DNA of 64,000 nt from an uncultured Spirochaetota bacterium (GCA_963835575.1 CAWIGG010000003.1:32001-96000), one strand, 5' to 3'; positions 28,218-41,275 are shown, numbered from the stretch's first letter. Made by a program: numbers and translations. Notes: generated from the sequence alone by a model not told the origin.

Positions 28218-28526
28218 ATGAATGAAGCCGTAAAAAACAAGATCGCGGATTTAAAAAAGAAATATGAATCCGAAGGCTTTATCATTCTCGGCATATTCGG
28301 CTCCTATGCGCGCGGCGAGGAAAAAAAAGACAGCGATATTGACATCCTTTATGAGACTACCGCTGAATTCAAAAACAGATATTCCGGGTTTGAATATTTC
28401 GGCAGGATTTACGATATAAAAGAAGAATTAAAAAATGAGTTCCATCAGGAAGTGGATTTGGCAAGCAGGAACGCTTTAAATAAGATCGGGAGAAAATACA
28501 TACTGCCGGGGGTTTTATATGTTTAA
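28218..28526 (+). CDS. MNT (minimal nucleotidyltransferase) antitoxin
   Basis: GIFGSYARGEEKKDSDIDIL, VDL; ATG 28218 after GGAGG. Confidence 0.92.
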   Translation: MNEAVKNKIADLKKKYESEGFIILGIFGSYARGEEKKDSDIDILYETTAEFKNRYSGFEYFGRIYDIKEELKNEFHQEVDLASRNALNKIGRKYILPGVLYV

Positions 28527-28863
28527 TGAAACTACTCTGGCCAAGCTTGAGTTTACTTTACAGATGATAGAAGATATTGAAAAAATTACGGAAAGGCATA
28601 AAGGTATTGACGACGCTCTTGATGATGTGGAGGGATACCATGCACTTTTAATGTGCCTGATGCAAATTGGCGAAAGTCTGGTTAAAATAAAGGAAGAAAA
28701 AGCCGCTTCAGCCCTTCCTGTTGGTTTAGCTTATAAAATGCGTAACATTATTGCTCATAGCTATGAAGGCGTTGATATCGACATGGTAAAGCTGACCTTA
28801 AAAACAGATGTCCCAAAATTAAAAAAAGACATAAATAAATTATTGGGAAAACCTACCCTATAA
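28519..28863 (+). CDS. HEPN (DUF86/HepT-like) RNase toxin
   Basis: QIGE and MRNIIAHSY (RX4HXY); overlaps the MNT stop. Confidence 0.92.
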   Translation: MFNETTLAKLEFTLQMIEDIEKITERHKGIDDALDDVEGYHALLMCLMQIGESLVKIKEEKAASALPVGLAYKMRNIIAHSYEGVDIDMVKLTLKTDVPKLKKDINKLLGKPTL

Positions 28864-28989
28864 AGTCCCTGGATACAAAAAGGCTGTTCCCCGTTCCTTC
28901 GTTCCCCGTTCCCGAGGCCATTTTCCTCTTGGCCATAATCAGCACATAAAATATCTCGAAATAATGATGTGTCATCCGTTAATATAATA

Positions 28990-30566
28990 CCTAAATTCCC
29001 AGAGTTCCGCGATTTCCGCTTGAAATCAGCCTTGCGCGGCACTGCTTGGCATCGGTTTATCATCCCAGTCTCGCGGCTGTTGCAATTACAAGCCTTGGCG
29101 ATGCCTGAATACTCGTAAATCCACAAATTCCGCTGCTCCGGGCGCAACACACCCTTGTGGCGGCCTTCACATCATCCGGTTGGGAACTCGCTATATCTGC
29201 AGCTCACATAAGTGGCAGTAAAATTTCCGCCACCGGTCCTTATCCGCAAAATAACGGCTCAACACCAGTTTTTACCTGATGGCCCTGTCTCACGATTTTC
29301 CCCGCAACCCGAATAAACCACGCCCGGAATGTTTCCGGTTCTTCCCGGTGACTTTTCCGGTCAACCAGATACCGCATCCAGATTCCAACGTTATACGCCA
29401 GCACGCTGCAGCTCCACAGAAAATCATTCACCCAGAAATCTTGCGTCAGAAGCATCCCGGCGAACATCTGCTGCTTCACGGCTTCGATCCAGTTTTCACA
29501 CGTACCCCGGTCACCGTAAAATTTATGGCCCTGCCAAGGTTTCAAACGCATATTCGTACAATAGCAAAAATAGTCATAAACCGCTTTCGGGAATACCAGC
29601 CCTTCCGTTTCTATCCGGATCAGCTTTCTGACAGCTATGAACCGCCTCGCATGTTTCCATCCATGCGCCCGGTACTCAAATTCCGCCTGTTCCCAGCCGC
29701 TTCGATCCGGAACCGCTGTCCAACCCCTGTTTTCCAGAAACGCCGCGAGGTTTTTCATTTTGGCTTTGACCAGAAAAAAAGCCCCTTTCATTTCTTCGAT
29801 GACATCGAAAATCCTTCCGTCGAAAAATCCGCTGTCCATCCGGAACACAAGTTTTTTCCAGCCGGTATGGAGTATTCCGTAAATGTGCCGGATAAATTCA
29901 GGCGCGTTATTCGCTGTGTAAGCGTCGCCCGGCCTGAAATAGGAGAGAATACATTCCCTTGTGCTGTTCAGGAATGCCAGAAGCGGATGATAGCTCTTCG
30001 CTCCCTTTTTATGCGGATTGTAGCCTACCGCCGCTCCTTCCTGGCTTCCGTAAACCGTCTTGACGGTCGAATCGCAGTCCACGATTTTCGTTTTTACCCG
30101 GAACTTCGCGTGGACTTTGCGGGAAAGCTTTCCGTTCAACTCATTCATCGCGTAAGATTCTTTCATACCAACGTTTTCAATCCGCTTGATGATCGTAGAA
30201 TCACTGATCGGCCCTTTCAAGCCCAGAGCTGCCCGGAACAATGGATCTTCAGTAAAATTCTCGACCTTCTTGATCCGGTTATACCCTGCCATCAGCGCGC
30301 ACACGATTCCCGTAATAATTTGCTCGAACGAGAATTTCTGGTTACAATATTCCCGCACTGGAATAAATTTTTTGAGCAACTGATTGAACCCAATCTTTTT
30401 CAAAAATACCAGCACGGGATAAATCCCGCTCACGCTGCTCAAATCCTGCGCCGTAAAACCAACTTTGATGTTTTTTACCATTTGGGTGCTCCTTCTGTTG
30501 TTTTGTAAAGCAATATATTATAACAGATTGGGGCCCCATTTGGTATTTTTACTTTGGGAATTTAGG
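28990..30566 (-). mobile_element. IS1380-family insertion sequence (1577 bp)
   Basis: 16-bp terminal inverted repeats CCTAAATTCCCAGAGT / ACTTTGGGAATTTAGG (1 mismatch); flanks TAATA / TGATA. Confidence 0.92.
29191..30481 (-). CDS. IS1380-family transposase (frameshift at the T5 run 29269-29273)
   Basis: DCDST..YG.QEG..GYN..SYHPL, RMDSGF, Y..RG.CENWIE.VK; removing one base extends it to QVKLVLSRYF..ELQI*. Confidence 0.93.
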
Positions 30567-30792
30567 TGATAATAGAAGAGAGGTACAAGTTTTTGACAGG
30601 ATGTCAAAACCGACGCATAAAGCTATGGACAGCGTAATAAGGAGGCTATTAAAATACTGAATCGTTATTTAATAGCCGGATGACACTCCTCTATACCATC
30701 CGATTGCTCCGTATGAAAATGGCCTCGACCTGTTTTCTTTCTTTAGCGCGATATTTCTTTCTTTTCGAAAAGAAAGAAATATCGCAAATCCC

Positions 30793-30865
30793 CCGACAGC
30801 CTGTCGGGACAAAATCCCAATTAAATTTAATAAAAAAGAAAAGACTTTGATCCCCGGCATCACTG
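30793..30865 (+). repeat. About 72-bp direct repeat, copy B
   Basis: CCGACAGCCTGTCGG..AATTTAAT..AAAGAAAAGACTTTGATCCCCGGCATCACTG. Confidence 0.8.
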
Positions 30866-31013
30866 CCGCCCACCCCCTTCCCCTCCGGCTGGCCGGATAA
30901 TTGATAAAAATAATTCTGTTTTCTATTATCAATTTCCCGGAAAATGATTATATTTATCATAGGCCGTTTGGCAAAACCAAGTTTTTAAAGAACATTCTGT
31001 AGGAGGAAAAAAG

Positions 31014-31205
31014 ATGAAAGAAGTTCAATACACCTGCAAATCCTGCGGTAAAACCGCCATGGCCCCCGAAGGCCAGGCACCGACATGCTGCGGCTTGCCG
31101 ATGGAGCCGATGAACGTCTGCACGACGGCCGATACCGCAGAGCATGCGCGTCCCTTCAATGAAGACGAACCCTGCGACGACGGCCGGGCCGGGAAACGGG
31201 TTTAG
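31014..31205 (+). CDS. 63-aa desulforedoxin-like Cys-rich mini-protein
   Basis: AGGAGG RBS; YTCKSCG..TCCGLPME plus tail CTTADTAEHARPFNEDEPCDDGRAG. Confidence 0.8.
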   Translation: MKEVQYTCKSCGKTAMAPEGQAPTCCGLPMEPMNVCTTADTAEHARPFNEDEPCDDGRAGKRV

Positions 31206-31246
31206 TGATATTAAAGCTTTTCAAAACTTCAAATAATTATAAATTA

Positions 31247-31340
31247 ACCTCGGAGGATGCACTAGACAGAGAAATTATTAATAATAATTATCAGATAATT
31301 TATTATTTAGTTTCTTCGTGCTCTTCGTGAACTTCGTGGT
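31247..31340. repeat. 9-bp-periodic hairpin element (left arm decayed)
   Basis: Right arm CTTCGTGCT CTTCGTGAA CTTCGTGGT after an AT-rich spacer. Confidence 0.7.
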
Positions 31341-31367
31341 GAAAAAAACCTTATAAGGAGCATTATC

Positions 31368-31886
31368 ATGGAATTTAAAGAATTGATAAAAGCCCGCGAG
31401 TCCGTCCGGAGTTATGACCCGCAAAAAGTCGTCCCGCAGGAAGTACTTCTTCGAATCTTGGAAGCGGGCAGGCTTGCCCCTTCGGCCGCCAACCGCCAGC
31501 CATTGCAATTCATCGTCGTTTCTTCAAAAGAAATGCTGGACAAAGTCCGTCCCTGCTACCAGAGGCCATGGTTCCAGCAGGCCCCGCATATCCTGATAGT
31601 AAAAGGCTTCAGGAATAAGGCCTGGGTCCGTTCCCAGGACGGCTATAACGCTATCGAGACCGACCTGACGATCGCCATGTCGTACATCACGCTCGCGTCC
31701 GCGGACAAAGGCATCGGCTCATACTGGATCGCGGCATACGACCCGGCTGTCATAAAGAGGGCGCTGGAATTAAAAGACGATGAAGTTGTCTTTTCACTGA
31801 CCCCGCTGGGATATCCGGGGAAGGATTATGTAAAATCCGGCGGTAAAGACAGGAAAAAGCTTGAAGAAATAGCGGTTTTTATTTAA
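31368..31886 (+). CDS. Nitroreductase family protein
   Basis: RESVRSY, LEAGRLAPSAANRQP, GIGSYWI, PLGYP. Confidence 0.93.
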   Translation: MEFKELIKARESVRSYDPQKVVPQEVLLRILEAGRLAPSAANRQPLQFIVVSSKEMLDKVRPCYQRPWFQQAPHILIVKGFRNKAWVRSQDGYNAIETDLTIAMSYITLASADKGIGSYWIAAYDPAVIKRALELKDDEVVFSLTPLGYPGKDYVKSGGKDRKKLEEIAVFI

Positions 31887-31897
31887 ATAAATATGGG

Positions 31898-32051
31898 AAG
31901 CCGTCATTGCGAGCATCCTGCGCTCTATTCCGGTACTGATTATAGCGCGAAGCAATCTGTCAACTCATTAAGATTTCTTTATTTGCAGACAGATTGCTTC
32001 GCAATAAAGAAATCGTCGACGGATAAAACCGGCCGCTCGCAATGACGGCTT
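31898..32051. repeat. GTCATTGCGAG palindromic element, copy 2
   Basis: AAGCCGTCATTGCGAGC..GCGAAGCAATCTGTC..GACAGATTGCTTCGC..GCTCGCAATGACGGCTT. Confidence 0.92.
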
Positions 32052-32090
32052 TTGTGCTGAAATTCCGTGGCAGTAATCCCGTTCCCCCGT

Positions 32091-32114
32091 CCCCTCTCCA
32101 GACTTGGAGAGGGG
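32091..32114. repeat. CCCCTCTCC/GGAGAGGGG hairpin
   Basis: CCCCTCTCCA-GACT-TGGAGAGGGG; related copy at 56106-56185. Confidence 0.75.
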
Positions 32115-32251
32115 GGCCGAGCCCTGCGAGGCGGAGTGAGGCCTTCTCTACTTTACTTTTCTCCAATCTTTCCTTAAAATAACTTATCCATTAAAAATTT
32201 AATGACTAATGTCATTGGGGCTCAGTTAATAAGCTATATCGGGAGAACGGG

Positions 32252-33100
32252 ATGAATAAAAAAGACAGGCAGTATTTAGAAAGCGAAGCGGCCAAGCTCC
32301 GGAGGGACATCATTCTGATGCTGGCCGAATCGAACAGCGGCCATCCGGGCGGTTCCCTGTCGGCCATCGATGTGATCGCCTATCTGTTTTTAAAGGTCAT
32401 GAAATTCGACCCCGCCAACCCTTTATGGGAGGAACGGGACCGTTTCATCCTGTCCAAAGGCCACGCGGCCCCGGCGCTTTACGCGGTCCTGGCCGACGCC
32501 GGCTATTTTTCCCGCAAGCTCCTTAAAACGCTCCGTAAGCTTGGCAGCCCCCTTCAGGGCCATCCGGACTCCAGGAAGCTCCCGGGAGTTGAAAGCTCCA
32601 CAGGCTCCCTCGGCCAGGGCTTGTCCGTTGCCGGGGGCATAGCGCTCGCCGGGAAACTGGACAAGAAAAGCTATCATGTCTTTGTGCTCGCCGGGGACGG
32701 GGAAATACAGGAGGGGCAGATCTGGGAAGCCGCTATGGCCATTCCCCATTACAAGCTGGACAACCTCTGCCTCTTTATCGATAATAACGGACTTCAGATA
32801 GACGGCCTTGTCAGCGACGTGATGAATGTCGAACCTATTATCGATAAATTCAAGGCTTTTAACTGGAACACAATTGAGATCGACGGGCATAATTTCGAGG
32901 AGATAGAAAAAGCAGTGGATTTTTTCCATTCTAATAATGAAAGCGGCAAACCCACCGCCGTTATATCCCATACGGTCAAGGGCAAATGCGTGTCCTTTAT
33001 GGAGCACAAAGCCGAATGGCATGGCGTCGCGCCTACAATGGAAGAGGCAAAAAAGGCTATTGAAGAACTGGGGTGCGTTGAGACCCTGGAAGACTGGTAG
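32252..33100 (+). CDS. tkt: Transketolase, N-terminal (TPP-binding) subunit
   Basis: SGHPGGSLS, RDRFILSKGHAAP, STGSLGQG, GDGEIQEGQIWEA. Confidence 0.96.
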   Translation: MNKKDRQYLESEAAKLRRDIILMLAESNSGHPGGSLSAIDVIAYLFLKVMKFDPANPLWEERDRFILSKGHAAPALYAVLADAGYFSRKLLKTLRKLGSPLQGHPDSRKLPGVESSTGSLGQGLSVAGGIALAGKLDKKSYHVFVLAGDGEIQEGQIWEAAMAIPHYKLDNLCLFIDNNGLQIDGLVSDVMNVEPIIDKFKAFNWNTIEIDGHNFEEIEKAVDFFHSNNESGKPTAVISHTVKGKCVSFMEHKAEWHGVAPTMEEAKKAIEELGCVETLEDW

Positions 33101-33113
33101 GAGGAAATAAGCC

Positions 33114-34061
33114 ATGGCCAAAACAGAAATGCTCGCTTCACGCGATCTTTACGGCAAGACGCTTGTCGAACTGGGAAGGGAAAATAAAAACATCGTTGTT
33201 CTGGACGCCGATCTGTCCCAATCGACGAAGACCAATCTTTTCCAGAAGGAATTCCCGGACCGTTTTTTTAATATGGGCATAGCCGAGGCGAATATGATGG
33301 GCTTCGCGGCGGGCCTCGCCCTTTCGGGCAAGATCGTCTTTGCCAGCAGTTTCGCGATGTTCGCGACGCTCCGGCCGTACGAACAGATCCGCAACTCCAT
33401 CGCGGCGCAGAACCTGAACGTCAAGATCGTTGCCACCCATGCCGGGATATCCGTCGGGGAAGACGGCATGTCGCACCAGACGGTCGAGGATATCGCAGCC
33501 ATCAGGGCCATTCCCAACATGCAGATCTTTGTCCCGGCCGACGCCGTCTCCACCGTGCAGATCGTAAAAGAGGCCGTCCGTATAAACGGCCCTGTTTATA
33601 TCAGGCTGAACAGGCCGAAAACCCCTGTGATTTATGATGATAAATATTCTTTCCAGAAAGGAAAAGCCACGATCATCAAAGACGCCCCAAAGGCGGACGT
33701 CGCGTTAATCGCGGCGGGGCTGATGGTCAATGAGGCCATAAAAGCTTCCGAAATGCTCGAGGCCGAAGGTATTTCCACCATTGTCGCCGATTTCGCTTCC
33801 ATTAAACCCATTGACAGGGACGCGCTCATTAAGATCGCGAAGCTGTCGCGCCTGATCGTAACTGTCGAGGAGCATTCCATAATCGGCGGTCTGGGCGGGG
33901 CCGTCTGCGAGGTTTTATCGGAGGAATACCCGGTAAAGGTCCTCAGGATCGGCATTATGGACGTTTTCGGGGAATCGGGGACGCCCGCGGCCCTCTTTAA
34001 GCACTTCGGCCTTACCGCGGAGGATATCTGCAGAAAAATCCATAAGGAAAAACTATTATAA
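33114..34061 (+). CDS. tkt: Transketolase, C-terminal subunit
   Basis: GIAEANM, GEDGMSHQ, YIRL, VEEHSIIGGLG, FGESG. Confidence 0.96.
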   Translation: MAKTEMLASRDLYGKTLVELGRENKNIVVLDADLSQSTKTNLFQKEFPDRFFNMGIAEANMMGFAAGLALSGKIVFASSFAMFATLRPYEQIRNSIAAQNLNVKIVATHAGISVGEDGMSHQTVEDIAAIRAIPNMQIFVPADAVSTVQIVKEAVRINGPVYIRLNRPKTPVIYDDKYSFQKGKATIIKDAPKADVALIAAGLMVNEAIKASEMLEAEGISTIVADFASIKPIDRDALIKIAKLSRLIVTVEEHSIIGGLGGAVCEVLSEEYPVKVLRIGIMDVFGESGTPAALFKHFGLTAEDICRKIHKEKLL

Positions 34062-34145
34062 AAATTAATAAACCGGTTCATTTTTATTCAGGACGGTCCC
34101 GGTAATAACCGTAATTAAGTTAATTCCATAAAAACAGGGGGGATT

Positions 34146-35708
34146 ATGGCTAAAGGTCGGAATAAGTTTTTTCTCATCAGGATTCTTGAGCTTCTCACCC
34201 GGAGGATCAAGACCAAGGTCATCTTTTTCGAAGTGTTCATTATACTGTTCATTTCCGTTTTAATCGGGGTGATCATCACTTTTTATATGAGCCAGACGCT
34301 GACGGAAAAAGCGCACCAATTTTCCGAAAGGATCGTGCGCGATCTCGCCAAGTCAATCGAGTATAATTATGATTCCATGCCGGCTGTCGGCGAAGACGTG
34401 AATTCGTACAACGGCAGCGAAGGGATCATGTACCTGGGCTACCATGGGTATATTCTTTCGAAAAAAGTGGCCAAACCTTCAAAAGTCCATATCTTCATCG
34501 GCCAGGATATTCAGGACAAATCGGCCCAGGAACTCGATCCCATTTTTAAGGAATTGAGCGGGTTTCAGATGAGTAAAGAAACAGCGGCTTACAGCAGGGA
34601 ATTCGGGACAGTCGTCGCGGATTTCGCCGTGAATACATGGAATAATATTGTTTTCAATGTCAGAAAAAATATATTGAAGGAAAAAATTCCCGGGCAGTCC
34701 GCCCAGGTCAGGAAAGAACTGCAGTATTTCGAGTATTATATGCCCGTTGTCGTGAAAACCGGCGCCACAACCAATAAAAAGATCGGCAATATTGTCATGC
34801 GCTATTCCGTTTCGATCATAAAAAGCGAGATCGAACGGATGGCCCTTTTGATAGAGATCATTACCGGCGTGTTCATCATAATCGGGGTTTATCTCTCCGT
34901 CAGGGGCGCAAACGGTATAGTCAGGCCCATTACAAGGCTGACGGATATCGTAAAAAAATTCGGCGAAGGCGATCTGACGGTCCGCGCCAATATGCCTGTC
35001 AAGGACGAGATCGGCACTCTTGCCAAAACATTTGACGAAATGATGGTCTCGATACGGGAAAAGCTGGAAATGCAGAAATTTGTTTCGGATTCAACCGTTA
35101 AAATGATTAAAAAGAGCGTAAACGAGAACCAGCCCAGCCATGATAAGGAAAAGCATACCGAAAGAAAGCAGGTTACGCTTTTCTTCTCTGATATCCGCGG
35201 CTTTACCGCCATGAGCGAGAAAATGGACCCTCAGGACGTTGTCAACATCCTGAATGAGTATCTTGACGTTCAAAGCAATATCATCAAAGTATTCAAGGGA
35301 GATATCGATAAATTTGTCGGGGATGAAATAGTCGCCATATTTGAATCCGGCACAATGTGCGTCGACGCGGTCAGCGCCGCCATTGAGGCGCAGAGGAAGA
35401 TCGCCGGGCTGAACCGCGACAGGATACAAAAAGGTCTGGCCCCCGTTCAAATAGGCATCGGGATCAACACGGGCGAAGTCGTTATGGGAAGCATCGGCTC
35501 TCACGAAAGGATGGACTTTACCGTTATCGGCGATAACGTCAATCTTGCCGCGCGGCTCTGCGGAGCGGCCATACCCGGGGAAATCATCATTTCAAAAAGA
35601 GTTTATGACAAGCTCGATAAAAACACTCAAAAGCTGATCCGGCCCTTAAGGCCGATCCATGTAAAGGGAAAAGTGAAACCCATTGAGGTGTACCGAGTTG
35701 AGTACTGA
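34146..35708 (+). CDS. Membrane-bound class III adenylate cyclase (2 TM, HAMP)
   Basis: HAMP PITRL..DEIG.LA..F; FSDIRGFT, DKFVGD, DFTVIGDNVNLAARL. Confidence 0.93.
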   Translation: MAKGRNKFFLIRILELLTRRIKTKVIFFEVFIILFISVLIGVIITFYMSQTLTEKAHQFSERIVRDLAKSIEYNYDSMPAVGEDVNSYNGSEGIMYLGYHGYILSKKVAKPSKVHIFIGQDIQDKSAQELDPIFKELSGFQMSKETAAYSREFGTVVADFAVNTWNNIVFNVRKNILKEKIPGQSAQVRKELQYFEYYMPVVVKTGATTNKKIGNIVMRYSVSIIKSEIERMALLIEIITGVFIIIGVYLSVRGANGIVRPITRLTDIVKKFGEGDLTVRANMPVKDEIGTLAKTFDEMMVSIREKLEMQKFVSDSTVKMIKKSVNENQPSHDKEKHTERKQVTLFFSDIRGFTAMSEKMDPQDVVNILNEYLDVQSNIIKVFKGDIDKFVGDEIVAIFESGTMCVDAVSAAIEAQRKIAGLNRDRIQKGLAPVQIGIGINTGEVVMGSIGSHERMDFTVIGDNVNLAARLCGAAIPGEIIISKRVYDKLDKNTQKLIRPLRPIHVKGKVKPIEVYRVEY

Positions 35709-36127
35709 TTTTCTCTCTCATAATGTTGAGGAGACTTTGTCCTTCGCCCGGCGTCTGGCGGAAAAAGAGTTTGAAAAAGGAAGCGTTATTCTACTGAAGG
35801 GAAGCGTCGGCGCCGGTAAAACGTCTTTTGTACGGGGCTTTGTCTCGGGCATGGGACCTGGAAGGCCTTGTCACCAGTCCGACTTTCACGCTGATGAATG
35901 AATATAGAAACGAGAGGGTCTGGGTCTGCCATTTTGATTTTTACAGGCTGTCCGGCCCGGATGAGATCAGACAGCTCGGGATTGAAGATTATCTTTCACA
36001 ATGTGATTATTCTCTTATTGAATGGCCGGACCTGGGAGAACCCCTTTTTAATTTTAAAACAATCAAAATCAGTATAACGATGAGGAATAATGAAAATGAA
36101 AGGCGCTTTAAAATCATCCGGCCGTAA
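35698..36127 (+). CDS. tsaE: tRNA t6A biosynthesis ATPase TsaE (frameshift near 35854)
   Basis: LKGSVGAGKTSFVRG joins VTSPTFTL..HFDFYRL..IEW if one G of GGG at 35853-35855 is removed; TTG start. Confidence 0.92.
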
Positions 36128-36217
36128 GGATTGATTTTTTAAAAAGGAAGAATTTTTCTGAAATAAAGATTCATTGATAACCCGATGTTCCACACGGGTA
36201 ATCACGGACAGGCTTAC

Positions 36218-36388
36218 TTGTGCTGATCCGATGCTTCACACGGATAACGCAGATTTTACGGATTAACACGGATATTTCAGGAAAGGTTTAACGAGGATAG
36301 GAAACGGAAACCGTGAAGCAAAACATTTATAAAAAAATCCGTGAGAATCCGTGTCATCCGCGTAATCCGTGTGATGAATCGGATATTA
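36218..36388. repeat. 9-bp-periodic hairpin element (CACGGAT subtype)
   Basis: CACACGGATAACGCAGATTTTACGGATTAACACGGAT ... ATCCGTGAGAATCCGTGTCATCCGCGTAATCCGTGTG. Confidence 0.85.
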
Positions 36389-36433
36389 TAAAAAAGACTG
36401 TAGAATTAAAAACTTTTCGATGAGGAGGAGTGT

Positions 36434-37315
36434 ATGGAAAAAATTCAGCTGGGCGTCATCGGCGGAACCGGGGTTTATGAGCTCAAAAATATCAAGGTCC
36501 TGGAAGAAAGGACAATGGAAACCCCTTTCGGTAAGCCTTCGGATAAAATAACAATAGCCCTTGTCGGACAGAGAAAAGCCGCTTTTATCCCCCGCCATGG
36601 CAAAGGCCACCGGTTTATGCCGACGGAAGTGCCGGTCAAAGCCAATATCTATGCCCTTAAATCGCTGGGAGTTGAGAAAGTGATATCCATCAGCGCCGTG
36701 GGAAGCCTGAAAGAGGAAATCCGCCCGACCGATATCGTCCTGCCTGCACAAATCATCGATAAAACCAAATCAAGGGACCTGACGTATTTCGGGAACGGCG
36801 TTGTCGGCCATATTTCATTTGCCGATCCCTACTGCAATAATTTCCGTTCTGAAATAAAAATAATTATTGAAAAATTCTTGAAGGAAAAAAAGCTCGATAA
36901 AAAGCTCTTCACGGAGGAAACCTATGTCTGCATGGAAGGGCCGCAGTTTTCCACCCGCGCGGAATCCAACCTTCACAGGAGCTGGGGCGCCGGCGTCATC
37001 GGCATGACAGCCCTGCCGGAGGCCAAACTCGCCCGCGAGGCGGAAATGTGCTACGCGATGATCGCCCTCTCTACGGACTACGACTGCTGGAGGGAAAACG
37101 AGGAAGCGGTGGGCATTTCCATGGTCCTGGAATATATGAAAGAGAATAACAAGACGGTCAATGACCTTCTGCCGCTGATACTGGAGAATGTCCCCCTGGG
37201 CGATGAGTGCTCATGCCGGACGGCCGCGCAGTATGCGATCATGACCCCGAAGGAAATAATACCGGAGGAGACAAAGAAGAGGCTTGACCTTTTTTACGGG
37301 AAATACTGGAAATAG
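36434..37315 (+). CDS. mtnP: S-methyl-5'-thioadenosine phosphorylase
   Basis: GVIGGTG, TPFGKPS, PRHG, SAVGSL, EGPQFSTRAES, GMT..PEAKLAREAE, TDYDCW. Confidence 0.95.
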   Translation: MEKIQLGVIGGTGVYELKNIKVLEERTMETPFGKPSDKITIALVGQRKAAFIPRHGKGHRFMPTEVPVKANIYALKSLGVEKVISISAVGSLKEEIRPTDIVLPAQIIDKTKSRDLTYFGNGVVGHISFADPYCNNFRSEIKIIIEKFLKEKKLDKKLFTEETYVCMEGPQFSTRAESNLHRSWGAGVIGMTALPEAKLAREAEMCYAMIALSTDYDCWRENEEAVGISMVLEYMKENNKTVNDLLPLILENVPLGDECSCRTAAQYAIMTPKEIIPEETKKRLDLFYGKYWK

Positions 37316-37392
37316 TAATATATTGAATATGGTAAAAGAGATAAAGAATAATTTGCAAACATATGTTTCGATTGGTTGGCTGCGAGAAAATC

Positions 37393-37555
37393 ACCACGAA
37401 GGCCACGAAGTACACGAAGTTTTTTACTAATAATAATTAATTTTTATAAATACGATTAGAAAAATTAATTATTAAAAACATTTAAAAAGGAGTGTTAACT
37501 CAAAATTTAAAAATATTTCAATTTATTTCTTCGTGTTCTTCGTGCACTTCGTGGT
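37393..37555. repeat. 9-bp-periodic hairpin element (CACGAAG subtype)
   Basis: ACCACGAAG GCCACGAAG TACACGAAG ... CTTCGTGTT CTTCGTGCA CTTCGTGGT. Confidence 0.88.
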
Positions 37556-37615
37556 TTAAAACATAGCCTGAAAGGCAAATCCATCGATACAAATAGTTCC
37601 AAATCATAAGATTGA

Positions 37616-40757
<3,142 letters not shown>

Positions 40758-40758
<1 letters not shown>

Positions 40759-40830
40759 TCAGCTATCAGCTATCAGCTATTAGCTATTGGCTAACGGCTA
40801 ACGGCTAACGGCTAACGGCTAACGGCTGAT
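40758..40830. repeat. Heptamer tandem array forming an imperfect hairpin
   Basis: (ATCAGCT)3 ATTAGCT ATTGGCT (AACGGCT)5 GAT. Confidence 0.9.
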
Positions 40831-40873
40831 ATATCAAGTGAGAAGCGGCAAAAATAAGATTCGGGCATAAATA

Positions 40874-40899
40874 AAGGGGCGGCAGGAATGCCGCCCCTT
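40874..40899. terminator. GC-rich hairpin between convergent genes
   Basis: AAGGGGCGGCA-GGAA-TGCCGCCCCTT with A-rich left flank (U-tract on the minus strand). Confidence 0.75.
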
Positions 40900-40930
40900 C
40901 TGGATGGGAGGGTATCGTATCGTAAGGAGT

Positions 40931-41275
40931 TTACTTTTTAACTTTTACCGGTGCAGCAGCAATATTGATGCTTAATGCAAGTTTCTTGCTGTCAGCATTT
41001 TTATACTTGATAACTGCCGTGTCTCCGGCTTTAATATCAGCCAGGGTTTTTACATCCTTGCCGATCTTGATCTTTGTGTTGGTGTCTGTGTCTACTACTG
41101 TGTCCGTTTTCTTTACACTGACGGTAATGGTGTTCGCTGTTGTGTCAACAGAAACAACCTTTCCCTGCAATTTAAAAACGGATTCCTTGACTACTTTCTT
41201 TGTTGCGCTGAATCCCGCAGCTGTTACTGCCGCAACGAGAAACAGAGCAGTAATAAGAGCTAAACTTCTTTTCAT
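40931..41275 (-). CDS. Small secreted OB-fold (DUF5666-like) protein
   Basis: Signal peptide; GKVVSVD..TITV..TKI..LADIKAGD..I.Y. Confidence 0.75.
   Translation of the reverse strand: MKRSLALITALFLVAAVTAAGFSATKKVVKESVFKLQGKVVSVDTTANTITVSVKKTDTVVDTDTNTKIKIGKDVKTLADIKAGDTAVIKYKNADSKKLALSINIAAAPVKVKK

Noticed and set aside
29279..30508. 409-aa + strand ORF antisense to the IS1380 transposase
   Set aside because: Lies almost entirely on the opposite strand of a clear transposase and has no recognisable motifs; treated as a shadow ORF.
30669..30960. Short ORFs on the - strand (also 31278-31508, 31960-32166, 60426-60623, 62564-62839)
   Set aside because: They are translations of palindromic repeat elements, without RBS or protein-like motifs.
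36218..37555. Possible CRISPR array from the repeated short units
   Set aside because: Units are 7-9 bp, inverted, with no unique 30-40 bp spacers; no cas genes in the window.
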